From contig CAVYSY010000044.1 of the NCBI GenBank assembly GCA_963771175.1, positions 1 through 64,000 on the forward strand: DNA of 64,000 bases, in the 5' to 3' direction. Below are positions 42,301 through 51,588 of this stretch, piece after piece. The stretch comes from an uncultured delta proteobacterium. GTDB lineage: Bacteria > Myxococcota > Myxococcia > Myxococcales > Myxococcaceae. Numbering within the stretch: position 1 is the stretch's first letter; each line of letters opens with the position of its first letter. The translations under genes and the position numbers were made by a program. The notes beneath the pieces are model-generated. The model saw nothing but the letters and a program-made list of their open reading frames with translations. It did no database searches and was not told where the DNA came from.

Positions 42301-45300
42301 GCTCTATCCTCGTTTGAAGGAGAGAGGGGATTTCGAGTTAGCGAGCTACATTGGCTGTTGGTACTGCTCCAACGCGTTGCTCTCCGGCAAGGAGCTGGTC
42401 GAGCTCGAACGCGAGATGGCCGCGTACTACCGGGACATGAAGCACATCCGGTCTGAAGTGGGCATCCGCTGGTTCTCCGCGTTCTGGCAGGCGGCGCAGA
42501 ACCTCCTCGGACGTTCCGCCTGTCCGTGGGTCCTGGACGGCGAGGTCTACGACCGACGGGAGATGCTGCGCGTCATCGTGGAGACCGGAAACCTCTCCGC
42601 CCAGACGGCCCTGCACGTCAACACCCTCGTGCTCTGCTACCTGTTCGAGCGCTACGACGAGGCGCTCGCCGCCTCCACCCTGGCTGAGGAGAACAAGGCC
42701 GGGATGGTCGCCATGCCCATCGAGCCGGTCTGGGTTTTCTACGACTCCCTGACCCGGCTCGCGCTCTGTTCCCGGGCCTCCCCTTCCGAGAAGGAGCGCC
42801 ATTTCGAGAGAGTGGCCGCCAATCAAGCCTATCTGGAGCTGAGGGCCCATCACGCTCCGATGAACTTCCGGCACAAGTGGCACCTGGTGGAGGCGGAGCG
42901 GGCCCGGGTGCTCGACGACCAACGGGCAGCCATCGAGCACTACGGCCGCGCGGTCGCCCTGGCGCGGGACAACGGCTTCGTGCAGGAGGAGGCGCTGGCC
43001 GACGAGCTGGCCGCACGGTTCTGGGCGGGCGCGGGGCAGGCGGACTACGCGCGGCTACACCTGGAGCGGGCACACCGCGGCTACGGGCGGTGGCAGGCGT
43101 GGGCGAAGGTGAGCGCCCTCGAGGCCAGCCACCCCGAGCTCGCCGCGCGGCCGGCCTGGCCGCCGGGTGAGCCGGGCGCACTCGACCTCGAGACGGTGAT
43201 GAAGGCCGCGCACGCGATCTCTCGCGAAATCGAGCTGGACCGGCTGCTCGGCACCGTGATGCGGATCGTCATCGAGAACGCCGGGGCGCAGAGCGGAGTC
43301 CTGCTCCTGGAGCAGGACGGCGAATGGATGGTCGCGGCGAAGGGAGACATCGGCGCCCAGGAAGTGGAGAGGCCGCTGCCGGTGGGCCTGGACCAGAGCG
43401 ACCGGGTCTCGCCCGCCGTCGTGCGCTTCGTGGCCCGCACCCGGGAGCGGGTGGTGCTGGACGACGCGGCGAACGAGGGGAGGTTCCTCGGAGATCCGCA
43501 CATCCGACGGGCGAGGACCCGGTCGCTGCTCTGTGCGCCGCTGTCGAGCCGCGGCAAGCTCGTCGGCGTCCTGTACCTCGAGAACAACCTGGCGACGGGC
43601 GCGTTCACCCGGGACAGGGTCGAGCTCCTCGAGATGCTCCTCTCGCCGGCGGCGACCTCGCTGGAGAACGCCCGAATCTACGAGGCGCTGAGAGAGAGCG
43701 AGGCCAAGTACCGCCGCATGGTGGACACGGCCACCGAGGGCATCTGGGCGCTCGGGCCGGACGACACCACGACCTTCGTGAACGACATGATGGCCGGGAT
43801 GCTCGGCTATTCCAGCGAGGAGATGCTGGGCCGCCCGTTGAGCGATTTCATGTTCGAGGAGGACGTGCCCAACCATCTGGAGAGGATGAGGAATCGTCGC
43901 CGGGGACTCTCCGAGAAATTCGAGCGAAGGCTGCGCCGCCAGGATGGGCAGGCGGTGTGGCTCCTGACCTCCGCCACCCCCATCTTCGACGAAGCGGGTC
44001 ATTTCCTGGGCTCCTTCGCGATGTTGACCGACATCACCGAGCGCAAGCGCGCCGAGGATGAGCTGCGCGCCGAGCGCAGGATGTTCGTGGGCGGGCCGAC
44101 CGTGGTGTTCAAGTGGAAGGCCATGGAGAGCTGGCCGGTCGAGTACGTGTCGCCCAACGTCGCGAACCAGTTCGGCTACGTCCCGGAGGACCTCATCAGC
44201 GGCAAGGTCCAGTATTCCGCCATGGTGCACCCGGACGACCTCGCACGCGTGGTCGCCGAGGTCTCCGCGAACAGCGAGCAGGGTGCGTCTTCGTTCGAGC
44301 AGCTGTACCGCGTTGTCCGGAGCGACGGGGTCTATCGGTGGATCAACGACTTCACGACGATCGTCAGGGGGCGGGATGGCTCCATCACCCACTATCTCGG
44401 GTACATCGTGGACATCACCGAGCGCAAGCTGGCGGAGGAGGCGCAGCATCGCTTGAATCGCGAGCTGCGGGCCCTCAGCAGCTGCAACGAGGTGCTGCTG
44501 CGGGCGGTGGACGAGCAGGCCCTGCTCGACGACATCTGCCGCATCGTCTGCGACGAGGCCGGCTACCGCATGGCGTGGGTGGGCTATGCCGAAGACGACG
44601 ACGCCAGGACCATCCGCCCCGTCGCCTGGGCCGGGCTCGAGAGCGAGTCCGACGAGCACATCAGGCGCTCCTGGGCCGACGAGACCGAGCAGGGGCGAGG
44701 GCCGGCGGGCTCCGTCATCCGCAGCGGCCGGACGCTCCACATCCAGAATCTCACGGCCGTCCAGCAGACGGCCCCCTGGCGGGAAGACGCCTTGCGGCGG
44801 AGCCATCGCGCCCTCGTCGCCCTGCCGCTCAAGGACGAGAGCGGCAAGGGCTTCGGTGCCCTCTTGATCTACTCCTCGACGCTCCAGACCATCACGCCCG
44901 ACGAAATCCGGCTCCTCGAAGAACTGGCTGGGGATCTCGCGTTCGGCATCGGCGTCCTGCGCGCCCGTATCGAGCGTAAGCGGGCCGAGCGCGCCGTGGC
45001 CCTCATGAGCTTCGCCCTGAACAACGTCCACGAGGCGGCTTTTCTCATCGACGAGCACTCGCGCTTCCAATACGTCAACGAAGAATCGTGCCGCATCCTG
45101 GGGTATTCGCGCGACGAGCTGCTCGGCATGGGAGTGGCGGACGTCGACCCTGACTTCCCCGAGTCCCGGTGGCCCGGTCATTTCGAGCGGCTCCAGGCCG
45201 AGCGCGCCCTCACCTTCGAGGGCCGCCAAAAGGCGAGGGATGGCCACGTCTTCCCGGTGGAGATCAACGCCAACCACTTCGAATTCGACGGTCAGGGCTA

Positions 45301-46498
45301 CAACATGGCCCTCGTGCGCGACATCACCGAGCGCAAGCAATCCGAGAGGGAGCGGGAGCGCCTGCTGGAAGACGTGCAGCGAGAGCGGAGTCTGCTGGGA
45401 GTGGTCCTCGACACCGCCCCGGTCGGCATCACCGTCTATCTGGCGCCGGATGGCCGCCCGAGGTTCTTCAACAAGGCCGCCGAGAGAATCCTCGGCCGAC
45501 CCGTGGGACCGCCGGAGCTGAGCATCGCCGAGAGGGCCGGCTTCCACGACCTCAGCCTGCCCAGCGGCGAGCCGTTCCCGGCCGAAGAGCTGCCGCTCAC
45601 TCGCTCGTTGCGCGGGGAGATGCTCGCGGGCGTCGAGTTGCTCGTCCGCCAGCCCACGGGTCGCGAGGTAAGCATCTTGGAGTACTCGGCCCCCATCCGC
45701 GACGCCGAGGGACGCATCGAGGGCGCGGTGCTCGCCTTCCAGGACATCACCCCCATCCGGGAGCAGGAGCGGCTGCGCGAGGAGTTCATCGCCGCGGCCG
45801 CCCACGAGCTGAAGACCCCGGTCACCGTGATACGGGTCTACGCGGAGGCGCTGCGGCGCTGGGCTCCAGAGGGGCGCGAGGGGCGCGAGGCGCGTGCCAT
45901 CGAGGTGCTCAACGCGCAGACCCACCGCATTGATCGCCGGGTAAAGGAGATGTTGGAGGTGGTCCGGTCCCGCAACGCGCCGACGGTGCTGATGCGGAGC
46001 CGCTTCGACCTGGGCGAGCTCGCCGAGCACATGGTTGAGAGGATGCAGGCCCTCACGACGAGCCACCGGCTGTCCTTGCGTCGCCAGGGTGCGATTCCAG
46101 TCGAGGCCGACCGCGAGCGCATCCAAGAGGTGTTGGCGCGCCTGCTGGACAACGCGCTCGAGGTCTCACCGCGGGGCGGAGACATCGAGGTCCGGGTGTG
46201 GTCGCAGCACGGAGAAGCGCTGGTTTCGGTGCGCGACCAGGGAGTCGGCATACCGAAGGAACGACAGCCGCACGTCTTCGAACCCTTCTACGAGGCATTG
46301 CCCTCCGGTGCCCCGGGCTATCGCAACGTCGTGAGTCTGAGTCTGTACTTGAGCTGGCTCGCCATCAGTCAACACCAGGGGCGCATCTGGCTGGAGAGCG
46401 AAGAAGGGAAGGGCTCGACCTTCTCCTTCTCGCTGCCGTTGGCGAAGAGCGGCGAAGAGGAGCTCTCGGCACCGGCTGGAGAGCAACAGCAAAGCTGA
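39314..46498 (+). CDS. Hybrid Ser/Thr kinase-AAA-GAF-PAS-histidine kinase (HstK-like)
   Basis: HKDINPAN, DFG, SPEQTGRMNR; GYAGVGKT; two GAF, four PAS; AHELKTP; DQGVGI. Confidence 0.92.
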   Translation: MPLRLLTYEAVDELYESRRTQIWRGHRLASGEPVVLKVLKPEAATDREHARFRHEFLLTARAELPGVIKTFSLESFDGSLLMVLEDIGGESLERLCARTPLSLPRFLELAIGLADTVARLHQRRIIHKDINPANIVLAPETGEYRLIDFGIADELPQHEVAPRPPAALEGTLAYISPEQTGRMNRAVDYRTDFYSLGATFYQLLTGRLPFEVDDALGLVHCHIAGTPRAPHLLDLRIPQTVSRIVMKLMSKRAEDRYQSGWGLKADLERCWRGLREEGGVPDFEPGLEDFADRLQPPQKLYGREEEVGRLLAAFERAGAGGRELLLVAGYAGVGKTTLVRETHRPILEKRGSYIEGKFDQLQRNVPYSGWIQAFEGFVNDRLMESESELARWRRDLLSAVGSSGKVLTDVIRNLELVIGAQPAVPELSGAEAQNRFNYLFLALVGAMATREHPLVVFLDDLQWIDEASLGLLRTLLTSSGISSVLVIGAYRDNEVNALHPLMRTVEALRKEEARFELLTLGNLSEQTVDELVADTLRDERSRTRPLARLIYSKTGGNAFFTLEMLTSLAERRAISFDVESRRWQWDISVLERMEITDNVVSLMLGKLQKLESNTRRVLTLAACMGFRFDVSNLSTIARRSEDDTRESLEPALREGLVVPAGSEFQFAHDRVQQAAYSLIPEADEKKTHLEIGRLLLRRPSERDHEEQLFTVVDHLNVGAGLLETDAMRLELAGLNLRAGRKAKASAAFAAAARYFEAGVALLGEETWATDYRLTLDLHSLAAEAATLVGDFRRTDLHFDAVVRHARNPADMVAAYMSRMMAFSAQGRLPEFMDCALDILDRLGVHVEPHPTAEDIQRALAEVRSAYDPKAIGALMNLPSATDPFAMAAMSVLDMATGSAYSGRPDLYVLFVCQQVKRTIEFGITPESMRSFACLGLLLCGLPGGDVDQGYQFGMLAMALAEKAPSSVSAPGAMGLTAGMGLHYKRHLRDSLELLAPLYPRLKERGDFELASYIGCWYCSNALLSGKELVELEREMAAYYRDMKHIRSEVGIRWFSAFWQAAQNLLGRSACPWVLDGEVYDRREMLRVIVETGNLSAQTALHVNTLVLCYLFERYDEALAASTLAEENKAGMVAMPIEPVWVFYDSLTRLALCSRASPSEKERHFERVAANQAYLELRAHHAPMNFRHKWHLVEAERARVLDDQRAAIEHYGRAVALARDNGFVQEEALADELAARFWAGAGQADYARLHLERAHRGYGRWQAWAKVSALEASHPELAARPAWPPGEPGALDLETVMKAAHAISREIELDRLLGTVMRIVIENAGAQSGVLLLEQDGEWMVAAKGDIGAQEVERPLPVGLDQSDRVSPAVVRFVARTRERVVLDDAANEGRFLGDPHIRRARTRSLLCAPLSSRGKLVGVLYLENNLATGAFTRDRVELLEMLLSPAATSLENARIYEALRESEAKYRRMVDTATEGIWALGPDDTTTFVNDMMAGMLGYSSEEMLGRPLSDFMFEEDVPNHLERMRNRRRGLSEKFERRLRRQDGQAVWLLTSATPIFDEAGHFLGSFAMLTDITERKRAEDELRAERRMFVGGPTVVFKWKAMESWPVEYVSPNVANQFGYVPEDLISGKVQYSAMVHPDDLARVVAEVSANSEQGASSFEQLYRVVRSDGVYRWINDFTTIVRGRDGSITHYLGYIVDITERKLAEEAQHRLNRELRALSSCNEVLLRAVDEQALLDDICRIVCDEAGYRMAWVGYAEDDDARTIRPVAWAGLESESDEHIRRSWADETEQGRGPAGSVIRSGRTLHIQNLTAVQQTAPWREDALRRSHRALVALPLKDESGKGFGALLIYSSTLQTITPDEIRLLEELAGDLAFGIGVLRARIERKRAERAVALMSFALNNVHEAAFLIDEHSRFQYVNEESCRILGYSRDELLGMGVADVDPDFPESRWPGHFERLQAERALTFEGRQKARDGHVFPVEINANHFEFDGQGYNMALVRDITERKQSERERERLLEDVQRERSLLGVVLDTAPVGITVYLAPDGRPRFFNKAAERILGRPVGPPELSIAERAGFHDLSLPSGEPFPAEELPLTRSLRGEMLAGVELLVRQPTGREVSILEYSAPIRDAEGRIEGAVLAFQDITPIREQERLREEFIAAAAHELKTPVTVIRVYAEALRRWAPEGREGREARAIEVLNAQTHRIDRRVKEMLEVVRSRNAPTVLMRSRFDLGELAEHMVERMQALTTSHRLSLRRQGAIPVEADRERIQEVLARLLDNALEVSPRGGDIEVRVWSQHGEALVSVRDQGVGIPKERQPHVFEPFYEALPSGAPGYRNVVSLSLYLSWLAISQHQGRIWLESEEGKGSTFSFSLPLAKSGEEELSAPAGEQQQS

Positions 46499-46504
46499 CG
46501 GGGC

Positions 46505-47287
46505 TCAGCGCGCGGTGAAGCCGCCGTCCACCACGAGCTCGCTGCCCGTCACGTAGCGCGAGGCGTCCGAGGCCAGGTAGAGGATGGCCTCGGCGATGTC
46601 CTCGGGCTCACCCATGCGGCCCAGCGGCGAGGCGGCCTCCAGCTTCTTCCAGGCCTCCTCCTCGCTGCCCACCTGCTGCACGAAGCCCTCCCACCAGTCC
46701 GCGTTCTGCCAGATGGGCGTGCGCACCCCGCCCGGGAACACCGCGTTGACCCGGATGCCCTCCGGTGCGCACTCCACCGCCACCGCCTTGGTGAGCATGC
46801 GCACCCCGCCCTTGCTCGCCGAATACGCGCTCGTCCCCGGGCTGCCCACCAGCCCCGCCACCGAGGACACGTTGATGATGGAGCCCCCGCGCGTCCCCAG
46901 CCGCATGGTGCGCACCGCGTGCTTGGTGCCCAGGAAGACGCTGTCCAGGTTCACCGCCATCTGCTCGCGCCACTCGGCCAGCGTCATCTCCGCCACCGAG
47001 CGCGACACCTCGATGCCCGCGTTGTTCACCAGCACGTCCAGCCGGCCAAAGGACTCGAGCACCCGGGAGATGACCTTCAGCCACACCGTCTCGTCCGTGA
47101 CGTCGTGCGTGACGAAGATGGCCTGACCACCGGCCGCGCGAATCTCCTGCGACACCTGCTCGCCCGCCGGCGAGATATCCGTGGCCACCACCTTCGCGCC
47201 CTCTCGGCCAAACAGCAGGGCCGTGGCTCGACCAATACCCGACGCCGCCCCCGTCACGAGGGCCACCTTGTCCTTCAATCGGCTCAT
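46505..47287 (-). CDS. SDR family oxidoreductase (intact; 3' end is the right direct repeat)
   Basis: TGAASGIG, NNAG, YSASK, VDGG. Confidence 0.93.
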   Translation of the reverse strand: MSRLKDKVALVTGAASGIGRATALLFGREGAKVVATDISPAGEQVSQEIRAAGGQAIFVTHDVTDETVWLKVISRVLESFGRLDVLVNNAGIEVSRSVAEMTLAEWREQMAVNLDSVFLGTKHAVRTMRLGTRGGSIINVSSVAGLVGSPGTSAYSASKGGVRMLTKAVAVECAPEGIRVNAVFPGGVRTPIWQNADWWEGFVQQVGSEEEAWKKLEAASPLGRMGEPEDIAEAILYLASDASRYVTGSELVVDGGFTAR

Positions 47288-47422
47288 AGCGGCTGTGCAA
47301 CCTTCCCTATCCCTCGGGGGAGGGATTTCAGGGCAGGGGCACCTTACCTGACTTGCACGATTTTCCAGCCCCGTAATTGGGGACGGGTGCGGGAGACGCA
47401 CACCCGGAGTGAGGCCCGCGCG

Positions 47423-47980
47423 CTACCGGCCCCGGGAGCGTCCTCCGCCCCGGCTGGTGCCGCGCCGCTCGGGGCTCTGCCTCGCGCCTCCCCGCTGCGC
47501 GCCCTGTCCCTTCGTCTTACCGCGTGACGGGGTGGAGCGAGCCGTGCGGCCCGCCGCACTCCGGGGGGCCCGACGCTCGCCACTCGCCGCCGTGCTCTTC
47601 CGGGTCGCCCGGCGCGGAGCGGCCCGCTTCGCCGCGGCCTCGGCCAGCTTCTGGTGATGGCGCGACGGCCCCACCTTCTCACCCGTCTCCAGGTCCACCG
47701 TCTCGCGGGCGATGAGCTTGTTGAAGTTGCTCCGGTGGCCGTGCGCGTGCGCCGAGTACACGAGCGCCAGCTGGTTCTCCTCGAACTTCTTGAAGAACTC
47801 GTCCCAGGAGATGGGCTCCAGCGTCCCCCTCCCCGCATAGCCCGGGAAGTCGATCCGCAGGATGCCCGTCTGGTCGCCCTTCGCCGTCCCCATCACCATC
47901 GACGGACGGCCACAGCGCGCATCCGCCCACTCGCGAATCTCCTCATGGTCAATCGTCACCCGAGAGCTCTTCATCGTCAT
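47423..47980 (-). CDS. Conserved hypothetical protein with basic low-complexity tail
   Basis: TIDHEEIREWA..GILRIDFPG..ISWDEFFKKFEE. Confidence 0.75.
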   Translation of the reverse strand: MTMKSSRVTIDHEEIREWADARCGRPSMVMGTAKGDQTGILRIDFPGYAGRGTLEPISWDEFFKKFEENQLALVYSAHAHGHRSNFNKLIARETVDLETGEKVGPSRHHQKLAEAAAKRAAPRRATRKSTAASGERRAPRSAAGRTARSTPSRGKTKGQGAQRGGARQSPERRGTSRGGGRSRGR

Positions 47981-48139
47981 GGCGCACCCCCTGTGCATGA
48001 GCGCCGCGCCTGACAGCGGCCCTCCCAGCAAGGGTGCACCTCGTCGACTCCGGGGACTACCCGTGTCCCCTCGGTGCAACCTCCCTGGGGCCTCGCGTGG
48101 CGGGTGTTGCCTCGGAGCCCGAGCGGACGGGCGGGGCCC

Positions 48140-48775
48140 TCACTTCCCGGTGGAAGAGGGGAGGGCGGCTCCGTGGCGGGCCAGGTCCTCCGGCGTGTTC
48201 ACGCTCACCACCGAGCGCAGCTCCGCGTCCACCGCGCGCAGGGCGTCCTCGGGCAGCAGCTTCGCCCGACAGCGGGACAGCAGGCTCCTCAGCGAGGGCT
48301 CCTCCCCCCTCAGTGCCTCGCCCCAGGGGCCGGACAGCGTCTTCCGGTAGAGTGCCAGCAGCGGCTCCACCCGGCCCCCCACCGTGAAGCACACCGCGTC
48401 CACCTCCGGGCCTCGCGCCTCCAGCAGCGTCCGCACCGCGGCCCCGGTCACGAAGGGCATGTCGCACGCCACCGCCAGCACCCACTCCGTCCGCGCTCCC
48501 TCCAGCGCCGCGTGCACCCCGCCCGGCGCCCCCCTCCCGCGCACCACGTCCTCCACCGCTCGCAGGTGGAAGCGCACATAGGGCGCCGGGTCGTTCGCCA
48601 CCAGCAGCACGTCCCCGAAGAGGCGCCCCAGCTCCAACAGCCGCTCCAGCACCGGCCTCCCCTCCACCTCCAGCAGGCCCTTCGCCACCCCGCCCAGCCG
48701 CTCGCCCCGGCCGCCCGCGATGACCGCCAGCGTCACCTCCGGGTACTCTGGCCCGCTCCGTCTCCTTTCACTCAC
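48140..48775 (-). CDS. mobA: Molybdenum cofactor guanylyltransferase
   Basis: IAGGRGERLGGVAKGLL, VACDMPF, EPLLALY, VNTPED. Confidence 0.88.
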   Translation of the reverse strand: MSERRRSGPEYPEVTLAVIAGGRGERLGGVAKGLLEVEGRPVLERLLELGRLFGDVLLVANDPAPYVRFHLRAVEDVVRGRGAPGGVHAALEGARTEWVLAVACDMPFVTGAAVRTLLEARGPEVDAVCFTVGGRVEPLLALYRKTLSGPWGEALRGEEPSLRSLLSRCRAKLLPEDALRAVDAELRSVVSVNTPEDLARHGAALPSSTGK

Positions 48776-48895
48776 GCCGTGCCTCCTCGCGCCTCGCGCC
48801 TCCCCGTGCTCCGTCCGCTGGTGGAGGCTACCTTCTCCCCGGGCCCCCACCCGCCTTCCCCTTGGGCTAAAGCTCGCCGCACGACGCCCCCCACC

Positions 48896-50132
48896 ATGCT
48901 CACCCCGCTCGCCACCGCCCGGAAGGTCGCCCTCGACGCGCTCCGCCCCGCTCCCCCCGAGCCCGTCCCCCTCCTGGAGGCCCTCGGCCGCTTCCTCGCC
49001 CGGGACGTCGTCGCCGCGCGCTCCCTCCCCGGCTGCCCCGTCTCCGCCATGGATGGGTATGCCGTCCTCGCCGAGGAGACCGCCGGCGCCACCCGCGACC
49101 GCCCCACCCGCCTGCGCGTCGTCGACACCGTCTACGCCGGCCACCTGCCCGTGAGACCCCTCCGCCTCGGCGAGGCCTCGCGCATCTTCACCGGCGCTCC
49201 CCTCCCCGAGGGCGCCAACGCCGTCGTGCGCCAGGAGGCCACCGTCCCGGGGCAGGGCTTCGTCGACATCTGCGTCTCCGTCCCGCCCGACAAGGACATC
49301 CGCTCCGTCGGCGAGGACCTCCTCGCCGGCACGCCCCTGCTCCGCGCTGGACAGCGCCTCGAGGCCTCCGTCCTCGGCGTGCTCGCCTCCATGGGGGACA
49401 CCCGCGTCCTCGTGCGCCCTCCGCCCCGCGTCGCCGTGCTCGCCACCGGGGATGAGCTCGTGTCTCCCGGCGAGAGCGCCCTCCCCCACCAGGTGTACGA
49501 GAGCAACCTCGTCCTCGTCGCCGCCCTCGCCCGCGAGGCCGGTGCCCTGGTCGTCGCCCTGGAGCGCGCCCGGGATGAGGACGCGGAACTGCGCGCCGCG
49601 CTGATGCGGCTCCTCGACAGCGCGGACGTGCTCATCACCACCGGCGGCGCCTCCGTGGGCGAGAAGGACCGCGTCAAACGCGTGCTCGCCGAGCTGGGGG
49701 CCTCGTTCCTCGTGGACGGCGTCGCCCTCAAGCCCGGCAAGCCCGTCGCCGTGGCGCGGCTCGGCACCACCGCCGTCGTCGTGCTCCCCGGCACTCCCGG
49801 CGCCGCCACCGTCGCCTTCGACCAGCTCGCCCGGCCGCTCATCCTCCGATACCAGGGCGTCTCCGAGGAGCGCCAGCGCGTGCGCGTCCGCCTCGAAGAG
49901 GGGCGCCAAAAGCAGGCCGGCCTCACCTACCTCATCAGCGCCACCCTGGAGACGCGCGAGGACGGCTCAGCTCTGGGCCCGCATGCGCCAGCAGGGCGGC
50001 GGGCACATGCTGCAGAACATCGGCGCCGAGGGGTACGCCGTCCTCCCCCCGAGCCGCGCCGACTTCGCCCCCGGCGACGAGGTGGACTTCGAGCGCTTCG
50101 ACCGTCCCCGCTTCCTCCCCGTGGAGTCCTGA
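48896..50132 (+). CDS. moeA: Molybdopterin molybdotransferase, frameshift at ~49968
   Basis: SAMDGYA, IFTGAPLP, TGDEL, TGGASVG, KPGKP, LPGTP. Confidence 0.88.
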
Positions 50133-50647
50133 TGCAGCCGCCCGCGCTCGCTGTCGTTGGTTGGTCCGGCTCGGGGAAGACGACGCTCCTCACGCGGCTC
50201 GTGCCCGAGTTGCGCCAGCGGGGCCTGCGCGTGGGCGTGGTGAAGCACACGTCCGACGCGCACCCGCTCCACCGCCGGGGCAGCGACACCGCGCGCTATG
50301 CCGACTCCGGTGCCGCGTTCGTCGCCTTCGCCACCCCGGCCGGCGTGCAGCTCTCCTTCCCCATGCCTCCCGACGACGTGCTGTCCCTGCTCTCCCGCTT
50401 CGCGGACACCGTGGACCTGGTGCTCGTCGAGGGGTGGAAGCACGGGCCGCTGCCCAAGCTCGAGGTGTGGCGCGAGGGGCTCGGGCCGCTGCTCGCGGCG
50501 ACGCGCCAGGACGTGCTCGCCGTGGTGGGGGAGGCGCCCGTGCCCGAGGGGATGAGACGCTTCTCCCGGGATGACGTGTCCGCGATCGCCGACTTCCTCC
50601 AGCAGTGCCTCCGGGACGGGGGGTTGCGCGCGACGGAGGACACATGA
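50132..50647 (+). CDS. mobB: Molybdopterin-guanine dinucleotide biosynthesis protein B
   Basis: VGWSGSGKTT, VKH, DLVLVEGWK. Confidence 0.88.
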   Translation: MQPPALAVVGWSGSGKTTLLTRLVPELRQRGLRVGVVKHTSDAHPLHRRGSDTARYADSGAAFVAFATPAGVQLSFPMPPDDVLSLLSRFADTVDLVLVEGWKHGPLPKLEVWREGLGPLLAATRQDVLAVVGEAPVPEGMRRFSRDDVSAIADFLQQCLRDGGLRATEDT

Positions 50648-51543
50648 GTGAAGACACGCGCCCCCTCCCCCCGGGCGTCACCCGGCGGCCCGTGGTGCGC
50701 TACACCTCGGGCGGCCAGCTCGCGCCCGCCGAGCCGGACCCCGTGGCCCTCGAGGAGCCGCTCGACATCCGCCTCAGCGGGGACACCGTGGCCATCACCA
50801 TGCGCACCCCGGGAGCGGACCGCTTCCTCGTCACCGGCTTCCTCTTCGCCGAGGGCCTCATCCACTCCGCCGAGGACCTCGGGACCCTGGCCCACTGCGG
50901 GCGGCCCGGCGAGGAGGGTTACGGCAACATCGTCGAGGTGACTCCCGCTCCCGGGCTCGTCATCGACCTGGAGAAGGTGGGCGCCACGAAGCGAGGCACG
51001 CTCACCACCGCGGCCTGTGGCGTGTGCGGCCGGCGCTCGGTGGAGGACTTGATGGCCTCGTGCACCCCCGTGCCGCCGGGCCCGGAGCTTCCCGCCTCGG
51101 TGCTCGCCCGCGCCACCGAGCACCTGCGCTCCGTGCAGCCCAACTTCGCCCACACCGGCGGAGTCCATGCCGCCGCCGCGCTCGACGCGGAGGGCGAGGT
51201 GCTCGCCGCCTTCGAGGACGTGGGCCGCCACAACGCCGTGGACAAGGTGGTGGGCGCGCTGCTGCTCCAGCACGGGCTGCGCTCGGCGCGGGCCTCACGG
51301 CCGTCCACCTCGCGAGCCACCGTGCTCGTGGTGAGCGGGCGCGTCAGCTTCGAAATCATCCAGAAGGCCACCGTGGCCCGGGTGCCCGTGGTGGCCAGCG
51401 TCTCCGCGGCCAGCTCGCTCGCCATCGACCTCGCCGAGCGCGCGGGCCTCACGCTCGCCACCTTCGTGCGCGAGGGGCGCTTCAACCTCTACACCCACCC
51501 CGAGCGCGTGCGCGTCCACTTGGATGATGGGCTCCGCGAGTGA
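50644..51543 (+). CDS. fdhD: Formate dehydrogenase accessory sulfurtransferase
   Basis: MRTPG, CGVCG, TGGVHAA, EDVGRHNAVDK. Confidence 0.92.
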   Translation: MSEDTRPLPPGVTRRPVVRYTSGGQLAPAEPDPVALEEPLDIRLSGDTVAITMRTPGADRFLVTGFLFAEGLIHSAEDLGTLAHCGRPGEEGYGNIVEVTPAPGLVIDLEKVGATKRGTLTTAACGVCGRRSVEDLMASCTPVPPGPELPASVLARATEHLRSVQPNFAHTGGVHAAAALDAEGEVLAAFEDVGRHNAVDKVVGALLLQHGLRSARASRPSTSRATVLVVSGRVSFEIIQKATVARVPVVASVSAASSLAIDLAERAGLTLATFVREGRFNLYTHPERVRVHLDDGLRE

Positions 51544-51588
51544 GAGGATGGGACACTCCCTGCCTCTCGTCGTGCCAGGAGCGTCGCC

